From: an uncultured Candidatus Peribacteria bacterium
GTDB lineage: Bacteria > Patescibacteriota > Gracilibacteria > UBA1369 > GCA-2718715
Direction: 5' to 3'
Assembly: GCA_964471455.1 (NCBI GenBank)
Contig: CAYYFV010000001.1
Span: 1 to 35,588, forward strand
DNA: 35,588 nucleotides
Position numbers and translations under genes: made by a program. Below are positions 17,829 through 25,669 of this stretch, one piece after another. The notes under the pieces were generated by a model. The model saw nothing but the letters and a program-made list of their open reading frames with translations. It was not told the origin of the DNA and ran no database searches. Within the stretch, counting starts at the first letter, position 1; each line of letters opens with the position of its first letter.

Positions 17829-19154
17829 CTATTTTTGTAAAGAATTTTTGTACATATCTCTGACAAACTCCTCGGCTTGATCACGAGTCTGGAGGTGTCC
17901 TTCGAGCTGACTATCAAACATGGCTTCTTTGAGTTGGCCGACCAACGGACCTGGCTTGATATCTAAAATTTGGCAGATGTCTTGACCAGAAATTAATGGA
18001 CTGGGTAGAGATGGAATCTGAGAGACTGTCTCTTGATAAAGCTTGAGTAGCTCGTTGTATTTAGTTAAGTCGACCGGAGTCTGCCCGATTGTGTCGTACT
18101 TATGCAGCTCTAGTAGATCAAGAAACCATGGGTGCAAGAACCACTTGATTTGAGTAGCCTTGGGCATGTCAAAAATTTGAAAAAGACTCATGTGGCGGGC
18201 AACTAACCAAGATACATGTTCGATAAATCTCTTAGGAAACCTCAGGCGACCCAAGATATTTTCGGCCAAATCGGCTGACTTGGAGGCGTGCCCGTTGAAA
18301 GTAATGCGATCTGTACCAAGTCCAAAAGTTAGGGCCTTGCCGCAATCATGCAACAATGCAGCCCAGATAATACTCAGTTTTTCGTCGGATTCGATCTGAG
18401 ACAAACATTTGAGTGTATGCTGATAGACATCGCCCTCTGCGTGAGTGCTGGCCGACTGCCCAACCCCTTTGAGATCTTGAATCTCTGGGAGCAAGACTTT
18501 GAGTAGACCGAGGTCTTCGAGGTCGTTGATGGCATCGCACCTCTTGGGACATTGGAGGATTTTGTTGAGTTCTTGTTGGACTCTCTCTGGCGAAATGAAT
18601 TCTGCAAGTTTGTGATGTTTGAGAATAGCTTTATATGTTTTTGGTTCGTATTGGAAGCTCAGTGTGTTTTTGAATCGTACAGCTCTGAGAAGTCTCAAGT
18701 GATCTTCTTGGATGCGACTCTCTGGGTCGCCAATAAATTGGATTATTTGCATATCGAGATCGCGCTGACCGTGGACATGGTCAATGATTTCGTCTGTAAT
18801 CGGGTTGTAAAACATGCCATTGATTGTGAAATCTCGGCGATGAGCATCTTCGTAATCATCTACAAACTCAACCTGACTGGGTCTGCGGCCATCTTGATAG
18901 TCCCCCTCTGATCTAAAAGTAGCGATTTCGAACTCGTGATCGTCTTGATGCACCATGATAATTCCAAACTGCTTACCGATCGGAACTGTCTTATCGAATA
19001 AGCTTTCGACCTGATCTGGCGTGGCATCGGTAACAATATCATAATCTTTGGGCTCCTTTCCGAGTAAGATATCACGTACGCAGCCACCGGCCCAGAGGGC
19101 TTGGAAGCCTTTGGCATGCAGGCTTTTTATGATTGAGATGCTGGAGATTTTCAT
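17829..19154 (-). CDS. cca: CCA-adding tRNA nucleotidyltransferase with an HD domain
   Basis: Head domain WAGGCVRDILLGKEPKDYDIVTDATPDQV, RRDFTINGMFY, and HD region ALLHDCGK...HASKSADL. 441 aa. Confidence 0.85.
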   Translation of the reverse strand: MKISSISIIKSLHAKGFQALWAGGCVRDILLGKEPKDYDIVTDATPDQVESLFDKTVPIGKQFGIIMVHQDDHEFEIATFRSEGDYQDGRRPSQVEFVDDYEDAHRRDFTINGMFYNPITDEIIDHVHGQRDLDMQIIQFIGDPESRIQEDHLRLLRAVRFKNTLSFQYEPKTYKAILKHHKLAEFISPERVQQELNKILQCPKRCDAINDLEDLGLLKVLLPEIQDLKGVGQSASTHAEGDVYQHTLKCLSQIESDEKLSIIWAALLHDCGKALTFGLGTDRITFNGHASKSADLAENILGRLRFPKRFIEHVSWLVARHMSLFQIFDMPKATQIKWFLHPWFLDLLELHKYDTIGQTPVDLTKYNELLKLYQETVSQIPSLPSPLISGQDICQILDIKPGPLVGQLKEAMFDSQLEGHLQTRDQAEEFVRDMYKNSLQK

Positions 19155-19212
19155 AATTGGATCTTATTTGGATTTATTTTAATTCATTTGGGTAAAATTA
19201 ACAAAGGGGGGC

Positions 19213-19240
19213 TTGACTATTTTTAAGTTTTTTTTAAAAT
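19213..19240 (+). promoter_or_regulatory. Sigma70-like promoter of tsaD: TTGACT, 16-nt spacer, TAAAAT
   Basis: TTGACT at 19213-19218 and TAAAAT at 19235-19240. The -10 element ends 6 nt before the tsaD ATG at 19247. Confidence 0.55.
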
Positions 19241-19246
19241 TAATAA

Positions 19247-20236
19247 ATGAAAATTTTAGCATTTGAATCATCTTGCGACGAAACTGCTTGCGCTATTGTA
19301 GAAGATGGCCGGCGGGTTTGGAGTAATGTGATTGCCTCACAGATTTTGACTCATCGCAAAACCCAGGGGGTTGTTCCTGAGGTGGCTGCACGCGAGCATG
19401 TAGCCAAGTTGCAATTGGTTTTTGAAAAAGCGCTCCAGGAGGCAGACCTGACTATGGATGATATCGATGCTATTGCCTGCTCGGTCGAGCCGGGACTAGT
19501 CAACTGTTTGCTGACCGGTGCCAGTATGGCCAGTACGTTGGCCTTGATTTACCAAAAACCCTTAATTTCTGTGAATCATAAAATTGGCCACGTCTTGAGC
19601 TGCAATCTGGACTGCCAAGAAGTATTTGAGTATCCATTGATGGTTCTGTCTGTATCTGGAGGTCATAACGAATTGTACCTACTCAGAAGTTCTAAAGAAA
19701 TTGAAATGCTGGGATCGACTTTGGATGACGCTGCTGGCGAGGCTTATGACAAAGTGGCAAAAATGCTTGGGCTAGCCTATCCAGGTGGCCCTGAGATATC
19801 TAGAGTATCTAAGGACGGCGATCCCCGGATGTTCAAATTGCCATATGCCCTGCCAAAGCAAAGGTATAATTTTAGCTTCTCTGGACTCAAGACAAATGTT
19901 AAATACTTAATAGATGACTTGAAAAAACAAGGCGTGTTTGAGAAGCATATCAATGATGTGGCCGCGAGTTTTCAGTATGCGATCAATCATAATTTATCGA
20001 GAAAACTGTGTGAAGCAGCTGTGGAATTTGGAGCCAAGGAAGTTCATCTGGTTGGTGGGGTTTCGGCTAATTTAGACTTGAGAGAGCAGATAAAGTCAAA
20101 ACTAAAGGGGGTGATTAAATTTCGTAGACCCGTAGAATTTTCTTACTGTACAGATAATGCTGCTATGATTGCTGGCGCAGCCTGGTTTGTAGATAAATCT
20201 GAATGGAAAAAGCCCGGAGAGGCCTTGATAGTCTAA
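19247..20236 (+). CDS. tsaD: tRNA N6-adenosine threonylcarbamoyltransferase TsaD (Kae1/Qri7 family)
   Basis: MKILAFESSCDETACAIV, metal-binding site HKIGHV, LSVSGGHNEL, and GGVSAN...DNAAMIA. 329 aa. Confidence 0.92.
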   Translation: MKILAFESSCDETACAIVEDGRRVWSNVIASQILTHRKTQGVVPEVAAREHVAKLQLVFEKALQEADLTMDDIDAIACSVEPGLVNCLLTGASMASTLALIYQKPLISVNHKIGHVLSCNLDCQEVFEYPLMVLSVSGGHNELYLLRSSKEIEMLGSTLDDAAGEAYDKVAKMLGLAYPGGPEISRVSKDGDPRMFKLPYALPKQRYNFSFSGLKTNVKYLIDDLKKQGVFEKHINDVAASFQYAINHNLSRKLCEAAVEFGAKEVHLVGGVSANLDLREQIKSKLKGVIKFRRPVEFSYCTDNAAMIAGAAWFVDKSEWKKPGEALIV

Positions 20237-20271
20237 AATTTGACTAACTGGATTTGCTTTTTCAGTAAAAT

Positions 20272-20300
20272 CTACCTATACTTTGGGTAGTTATTTTTAA
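20272..20300 (+). terminator. Possible weak intrinsic terminator after tsaD
   Basis: CTACCTA (20272-20278) pairs with TGGGTAG (20284-20290), including one G-U pair, across a 5-nt loop. TTATTTTTAATTTT follows. Confidence 0.3.
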
Positions 20301-20312
20301 TTTTAAAACTTG

Positions 20313-21635
20313 ATGGACACACGAGAAATCAAAGCCCCTGTTGGTATGTCGGATATGCTTCCGAAAGACCACGACTATTTTACTTACCTCAAAAAGGTTA
20401 TTAGACACCGCGGGAGACAGGCTGGATTTCGTAGAATTTCGACTCCTATGCTTGAGCGTACTGACGTGCTGAAGTTGGCCTTGGCCGAAGATGCGGACAG
20501 GATCGAGAAAAGAATGTATTCATTGAGAGATCCCGAGGGAACAGATCTAACTATTCGTTCTGGCAACACAATTGGGATTGCGAGGGCATATGTGGAAAAG
20601 GGACTCAAAGACCTACCACAACCGATTTCACTTTACTATATAGAACAACAGGCCCGCTTTACAAATCTGGGGCCCGGTTATTATCGACACTTCCATCAAT
20701 ATGGCCTAGAGGTGCTGGGTCAGTCCGATGCTGCTTTGGATGCGCAAATTATCTACTTGGCTCATAAGATCCATTCAGACTTGGGTATTGACGACCGCTT
20801 AGAGTTGCATGTCAACAGCTTTGGCAATACAGATATCAAGCAAAACTTTACCGATGATTTGACAGCATTTTTTCAAGAAAAGAAACGATCCATTCCAGCT
20901 GAGTATGAAAGATTCATCGAGAAAGACCCTATTCAGTTATTCCTAGTGGAAGACGAAGACGTAGAGATACTATGCCAGATGGCTCCCAATATCGAAGACT
21001 ACTATGATAAAGAGTCCAAGGACTACTTCAAAGATCTGTGTGAATACCTAGATGAACTTGAGGTTCCATACAAGGTCAATCATCGCATGTTTAGAAAACT
21101 TCCATACTACTCTGGCGTGATTTTTGAATTCTGGGAAAAGAACCGTGGTCGCAAAAAGGCTGTTGGTGGAGGTGGCCGTTATGATAACTTAATTGAAAGG
21201 CTTTCTGGCTCCCCTACACCTGCAGTGAACTATATTGCTGGTGTCGAGCGTACGATTGCTCAAATGAAAATCAATAAAGTAATAGCCCCATCAAAAGATG
21301 ATCTGCATGTGTTTGTGGCTCAGCTTGGTAAGGAGGCCAAGAAGAAATGCCTCTCCCTGTTAGCCGCCTTGCATGACGAAGGCATCAAAGCAGTCGGAGC
21401 AATTGGTAAATCGTCTATGAAGGAGCAAATCGCAATGGCCGAAGGTTTCAAGGCTCCATATATGGTTTTGATGGGAATTACGGAGGTCAGAGAAGGCAAA
21501 GCGATTATTCGTGATATGTCTAAGGGGAAGCAGTTTTCTGTCAGCCTCGACAAAGCCGTAAGTGAACTAATTAAACTTATTGGAAAAGACAAGCTAGATA
21601 GGTACAACCCTGTCAAAGGTTTAATTAAAAAATAA
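20313..21635 (+). CDS. hisS: Histidine--tRNA ligase
   Basis: Class II HisRS pattern: GMSDMLP, FRRISTPMLERTDV, YYIEQQARF, HQYGLEVLG, GGGGRYDNL, and a C-terminal anticodon-binding domain. ATG at 20313. Confidence 0.92.
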   Translation: MDTREIKAPVGMSDMLPKDHDYFTYLKKVIRHRGRQAGFRRISTPMLERTDVLKLALAEDADRIEKRMYSLRDPEGTDLTIRSGNTIGIARAYVEKGLKDLPQPISLYYIEQQARFTNLGPGYYRHFHQYGLEVLGQSDAALDAQIIYLAHKIHSDLGIDDRLELHVNSFGNTDIKQNFTDDLTAFFQEKKRSIPAEYERFIEKDPIQLFLVEDEDVEILCQMAPNIEDYYDKESKDYFKDLCEYLDELEVPYKVNHRMFRKLPYYSGVIFEFWEKNRGRKKAVGGGGRYDNLIERLSGSPTPAVNYIAGVERTIAQMKINKVIAPSKDDLHVFVAQLGKEAKKKCLSLLAALHDEGIKAVGAIGKSSMKEQIAMAEGFKAPYMVLMGITEVREGKAIIRDMSKGKQFSVSLDKAVSELIKLIGKDKLDRYNPVKGLIKK

Positions 21636-21710
21636 TTTGATTTTACACAAGACGAAGTACTTGGGGGCTAGTCAAGTTGCCGGTAGAATAATTTTATAAA
21701 ATTATTATTT

Positions 21711-22904
21711 ATGGACTACGAATCTAAGTTTAAATCCTACGATAAGCGCAAACTGGTCAAGATGTTGGACCGAGAAGGTATTGCTGCCACGACTACCCAG
21801 TCCAAATCAGAATTGGTGCGCATGCTTGTTTTGGCGAAGAAGGCCAACTCCCCGACCAAAAAGCACTTTCGAAATGCTAATCGCGATAAATTCTATAAGA
21901 TCTTGGCTAATTTCCTTGGGTTTTGCCTGTTAATTATCTCTATCAACTATGTGTATAGTCAATATTTGGAAAGGGCTGAAGAACAACTTGATATTGATCT
22001 AAGTTCAAAAGAACCTCAAATTTTTGAGAAAGGAAACCAAACCTTTGTCGTTTATAACCATCCACTAGTTAAGGTGCAGGCCCTTTATGATGCCAACTGC
22101 AAACGACCCGAATGTGATATCGAGCAAAGCCTAGAACAGATTAAATCTTCGATTACGCCCCTTTTTGAAACGGAATTGGTGCATTTTGATTCTCGAAAAG
22201 GTAAACATTTATCTGAAGAATATGATTTGAACTTACTGCCGGTATTTATGTTTGATCAAACCCTCGAAAGGCTATATGACTTCGACGACAAGTCTGATTT
22301 TTTCACCCAAAATAAAGACCGTTACCAACTACAGGTAACTCCAAATAGAGTTCTAGAAGGTCCAGAATTGCTGGATTCGAAGATCATTACAGCGAATTCT
22401 AGTCTTGATAGCGAAATTAAAATTATTGTCTACCTGAGTCCAAGCTCAAATCAGTCGAGAGACGCCTTGCCTGTACTGGAGGACCTTGCCGATAAATTTG
22501 GGGAGCGAATGTTGATTGCGATTAAGTATTACAATACAGGTGGGAATGATTTTTTGGCTTCTACCGCCTTGGAATGCTTCTATCAGCAAGATGAATTTCT
22601 GGCTGGTCTCAAGCTAGCTTTTAAAAATCAGAGTAAATGGATTGGCTCCTCTCAGGCTCAAGTGCGGAGTAGATTTAAGTCTTTTGCGAGGCAAACAATC
22701 AACTACAATAAGTTTAATGAATGCTTTGACAGTCCTGCCACCGAACAAATTGTCCGAAACCATTTCCAGGAATCGGGCGAGCTTGGTGTAATTGGGGCTC
22801 CGACATTCTTTGTCAACAATCAAATTTTGGTTGGTAACTATGAGCTAGCTGATTTTGCCGAATTGATTGATCAAATATTTAAGGCGGATAAAATTAATTT
22901 ATGA
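21711..22904 (+). CDS. Membrane-anchored DsbA-fold paralogue with a Ser-substituted active site (SNQS in place of CxxC) and a cytoplasmic HeH/Rho_N-like N-terminal domain
   Basis: The N-terminal KLVKMLDREGIAATTTQSKSELVRMLVLAKK resembles a Rho_N/SAP-like helix-extended-helix, followed by a TM segment FYKILANFLGFCLLIISINYVY. The C-terminal domain aligns with the true DsbA in this window: IIVYLSPSSNQSRDALPVL against LIEFSDYRCGYCRRHFEQTL, and GVIGAPTFFVNNQILVG against GVQGTPGFLVNGELISG. Confidence 0.7.
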   Translation: MDYESKFKSYDKRKLVKMLDREGIAATTTQSKSELVRMLVLAKKANSPTKKHFRNANRDKFYKILANFLGFCLLIISINYVYSQYLERAEEQLDIDLSSKEPQIFEKGNQTFVVYNHPLVKVQALYDANCKRPECDIEQSLEQIKSSITPLFETELVHFDSRKGKHLSEEYDLNLLPVFMFDQTLERLYDFDDKSDFFTQNKDRYQLQVTPNRVLEGPELLDSKIITANSSLDSEIKIIVYLSPSSNQSRDALPVLEDLADKFGERMLIAIKYYNTGGNDFLASTALECFYQQDEFLAGLKLAFKNQSKWIGSSQAQVRSRFKSFARQTINYNKFNECFDSPATEQIVRNHFQESGELGVIGAPTFFVNNQILVGNYELADFAELIDQIFKADKINL

Positions 22905-23062
22905 TAATTAGGCTTTTGACAATTTTAATTTTGCTAGGTATTATTGTTGCTAATGTGTGGGGCTGGGTTGGCTCTCAATTGGATCCAGCTCCTTACTCGA
23001 GCGGGCCGACTGCAGCGCCCAATATGGAGGCTCCAAGCTACCCACCACCCAACTCTAATTAA
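22901..23062 (+). CDS. Candidate 53-aa single-pass membrane protein with a Pro-rich tail; below the ORF-track length cut-off
   Basis: My translation is MIIRLLTILILLGIIVANVWGWVGSQLDPAPYSSGPTAAPNMEAPSYPPPNSN. The ATG overlaps the upstream TGA (ATGA at 22901-22904), and the stop lies 6 nt before the malic enzyme ATG. Caveat: several other frames are also open here, and a consensus promoter sits inside the ORF. Confidence 0.4.
   Translation: MIIRLLTILILLGIIVANVWGWVGSQLDPAPYSSGPTAAPNMEAPSYPPPNSN
22916..22944 (+). promoter_or_regulatory. Near-consensus sigma70-like promoter: TTGACA, 17-nt spacer, TATTAT
   Basis: TTGACA at 22916-22921 and TATTAT at 22939-22944, about 125 nt upstream of the malic enzyme ATG and inside the candidate small ORF. 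Confidence 0.45.
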
Positions 23063-23068
23063 AATATT

Positions 23069-24199
23069 ATGCAAAATGAAGCTCTTAAATTTCATAGTGA
23101 GTGCCCCGGTAAAATCCAGATTGTACCAACTCACTCTTTTGAAGGTCCTGAGGATCTAAAAATGGTATATACTCCGGGAATGGCCTATCCCACAGAAGCA
23201 ATAACGAAAGACAAATCTGACGCCTACAAATATACCTGGCGTAAGAACTCAGTGGCGATTGTGTGTGATGGAACAGCAGTCTTGGGCTATGGAAATATTG
23301 GACCACATGCGGCCTTGCCTGTGATGGAAGGAAAATCTGTAATCTTTTCGCACTTCGCTGGTTTGTCAGCAGTGCCCTTGTGTGTCGATACAAATAACCC
23401 AGAGGAAATTATCAAACTAGTTAAGCAAATTGAACCAAGCTTTGGAGGTATTTTACTAGAAGATATCAAAGCTCCCGAATGCTTTGAAGTCGAATCTCGT
23501 CTCAAACAAGAGTTATCAATCCCTGTTTTTCATGACGATCAGCATGGGACGGCTGTTGTCACCCTAGCTGCTCTCATAAATTCTTTGGAGCTTGTCAATA
23601 AAAACGTGGCCGATGTCAAAATTGTTATCAATGGGGCTGGGGCGGCTGGAATCGCAACTGGGAGATTGTTGAGTGAATACGGATTTGGCAATATTATTTT
23701 ACTTGATTCTCGAGGAATTTTGTCGAGCCAACGAACTGACCTAAATGAATTTAAATTAAAGGCCTTGGACTTTTCAAATCCAAACGATGTCTCTGGAGAC
23801 CTAATGGATGCCATGCAGAACTCTGATATCTTCATTGGACTCTCGGTTCGAAACCTATTGGAAAAGGAGCATATTGATCAAATGAACAGTAGTCCAATTG
23901 TGTTTGCCTTGGCAAATCCAGTACCAGAAATTATGCCAGAAAAGGCCAAAGCGCTTGGGGTCAAAATTATCGGGACTGGAAGGGCTGACTATCCAAATCA
24001 AGTCAACAATGTACTGGCCTTTCCCGGCATTTTGAAGGGTGCCATGGATAAAGGATGCCAAATAGATAATAAAGTCCTTATAAGGGCAGCTCAGGGCCTG
24101 GCAAGATGTGTCAAAAGCCCTAGTGAAGACATGGTTATACCCGGAGCCTTTGACGAGGGGGTTTTTGATTCGGTATATCAGGGAATTGTACAGGACTAG
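23069..24199 (+). CDS. NAD(P)-dependent malic enzyme, short ~380-aa type
   Basis: GKIQIVPT..., VYTPGMAYP, VAIVCDGTAVLGYGNIGPHAALPVMEGKSVIF, FGGILLEDIKAPECF, FHDDQHGTAVVTLAALINSL, and the Rossmann motif INGAGAAGIA. Confidence 0.9.
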   Translation: MQNEALKFHSECPGKIQIVPTHSFEGPEDLKMVYTPGMAYPTEAITKDKSDAYKYTWRKNSVAIVCDGTAVLGYGNIGPHAALPVMEGKSVIFSHFAGLSAVPLCVDTNNPEEIIKLVKQIEPSFGGILLEDIKAPECFEVESRLKQELSIPVFHDDQHGTAVVTLAALINSLELVNKNVADVKIVINGAGAAGIATGRLLSEYGFGNIILLDSRGILSSQRTDLNEFKLKALDFSNPNDVSGDLMDAMQNSDIFIGLSVRNLLEKEHIDQMNSSPIVFALANPVPEIMPEKAKALGVKIIGTGRADYPNQVNNVLAFPGILKGAMDKGCQIDNKVLIRAAQGLARCVKSPSEDMVIPGAFDEGVFDSVYQGIVQD

Positions 24200-24208
24200 T
24201 TGGGCTAC

Positions 24209-24658
24209 CTAGTCTCTTTGGATTTTTTCTAACTCATTTTTGAAAGACTCTATATCTGCGAAATCCCTATAAACAGATGCAAACCTAATATATGCGACTT
24301 GATCGAGCTCTAGCAGAGCATCCATAATATCCTGGCCTATAACTTTTGAGCTAATTTTTTTACCTTGTGAGAGCCAGCTCTGCTCTAAGAGGTTGATGAT
24401 ATTGTTGATTTGATCAGTATCGCTTGGCCTTTTCTTGAGTGCCCTAAGAATTCCACGCTCGACTTTATCTCGATCGTATGGCTCGAGGCCTGAATGCTTT
24501 TTTTCCACCATAAAGGTCGGCTTTTCATACTTTTCAAAGGTATTAAAACGATGGTTACACATTTCGCAGCATCGGCGTCGGCGTATTTCGTGGTTGGCAT
24601 TGTGTTCTCTGGAATCTATAACCTTAGTTTGAAGAGAGGTACAAATAGGACATTTCAT
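24209..24658 (-). CDS. nrdR: Transcriptional repressor NrdR
   Basis: N-terminal zinc ribbon MKCPICTS...RRRRCCEMCNHRFNTFE followed by an ATP-cone (KRPSDTDQINNIINLLE...AYIRFASVYRDF). 149 aa. Confidence 0.92.
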   Translation of the reverse strand: MKCPICTSLQTKVIDSREHNANHEIRRRRCCEMCNHRFNTFEKYEKPTFMVEKKHSGLEPYDRDKVERGILRALKKRPSDTDQINNIINLLEQSWLSQGKKISSKVIGQDIMDALLELDQVAYIRFASVYRDFADIESFKNELEKIQRD

Positions 24659-24680
24659 AAAAAATTGATCAACTAGAATG

Positions 24681-24709
24681 ATTTTAATATTTTAATTCTT
24701 GGAAGACAA
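24681..24709 (-). promoter_or_regulatory. Possible nrdR promoter on the minus strand: TTGTCT, 17-nt spacer, TAAAAT
   Basis: The minus-strand -35 TTGTCT is plus-strand AGACAA at 24704-24709. The -10 TAAAAT is plus-strand ATTTTA at 24681-24686. The spacer is 17 nt. Confidence 0.35.
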
Positions 24710-24736
24710 CGCTAGAATATAAAAAAACCCCCAAAC

Positions 24737-25645
24737 ATGAACATAAGTCAATGCATTCACAAATTTCTGATCTATTTAGAAGTTGAAAAAAATAAATCAA
24801 AAAAAACTCTTGAGAATTATCAGCACTATTTAAATCGCTTTTTGAACTACTTCGGTGATATCGCTATCCACAAGATTGATTCGAATCAGATGCAGGATTA
24901 TCGTGTGTTTTTGAATAGAGAGAATTTTGGTCCACGATCAATCCCCTTGTCAAAAAAAACTCAAAACTATCATATTATTGCCGTTCGAGCACTCCTAAAA
25001 TATCTTTCAAAAAATGATATCGACTGTTTGTCCCCAGAAAAAATTGAACTTATTAGTATTCCCAAAAGAACTGTAGATTTCCTAGAACCAAAGGAAATTC
25101 AAGATCTAATGGCGAGTTTTGATATCTCGAGCACGCTTGGACTCAGAAACAAGGCTATTTGTGAGGTGTTATTTTCTACCGGATTACGTATTTCGGAACT
25201 GCATAAATTGAATCGAGATCAGTTTGCTAATAAGGAGACTTCGAATGTGACGATTAAGGGTAAAGGTGGCAAGTCTAGAATCGTGTTTTTTTCTCCTAGA
25301 GCCCTGCAATCTATCCATACGTATTTATCCAAGCGAAGTGATATGGACTCAGCGCTTTTTGTAAATCAAAAAAGAAGAGATCAGAGTGACTCTTATCGTC
25401 TATCGATTTATTCGATGCAAGAAATGGTCAGAAAACATGCGGCTTTGGCTGGAATCAATAAAAAAGTGACGCCCCATACCCTCAGGCATAGCTTTGCGAC
25501 TTATCTACTTGATAATGGCGCCGATATTCGGGGGGTGCAGGAACTGCTCGGTCACAGCTCGATTACTACAACCCAAATTTATACACATTTGACCAACCGT
25601 AAGCTGCAGGAAGTGCATTCGAAAATAAATAAATTTTCCGATTGA
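24737..25645 (+). CDS. Tyrosine site-specific recombinase, XerC/XerD type
   Basis: 302 aa. N-terminal SAM-like core-binding domain (FLIYLEVEKNKSKKTLENYQHYLNRF) and catalytic residues in GLRISEL, HTLRHSFATYLL, LGHSSITTTQIYTH. The sequence alone does not let me assign XerC versus XerD. Confidence 0.85.
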   Translation: MNISQCIHKFLIYLEVEKNKSKKTLENYQHYLNRFLNYFGDIAIHKIDSNQMQDYRVFLNRENFGPRSIPLSKKTQNYHIIAVRALLKYLSKNDIDCLSPEKIELISIPKRTVDFLEPKEIQDLMASFDISSTLGLRNKAICEVLFSTGLRISELHKLNRDQFANKETSNVTIKGKGGKSRIVFFSPRALQSIHTYLSKRSDMDSALFVNQKRRDQSDSYRLSIYSMQEMVRKHAALAGINKKVTPHTLRHSFATYLLDNGADIRGVQELLGHSSITTTQIYTHLTNRKLQEVHSKINKFSD

Positions 25646-25669
25646 CAAACAACGTCAATTATCTAGAAT

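Noticed and set aside
22934-23159. Track ORFs 22944-23159 (+, 71 aa) and 22934-23134 (-, 66 aa) in the GC-rich segment before the malic enzyme.
   Set aside because: Both run into or across the well-supported malic enzyme start in the wrong frame or strand, and they have Arg/Trp/Leu-rich shadow-ORF composition. The ATGA-coupled 53-aa frame is the only coding reading with contextual support.
24737-25645. Tyrosine recombinase considered as a phage or integrative-element integrase marking a mobile element.
   Set aside because: Its size (302 aa) and motifs match chromosomal XerC/D. I found no flanking direct repeats, no tRNA-derived att duplication, and no phage, transposon or conjugation genes nearby.
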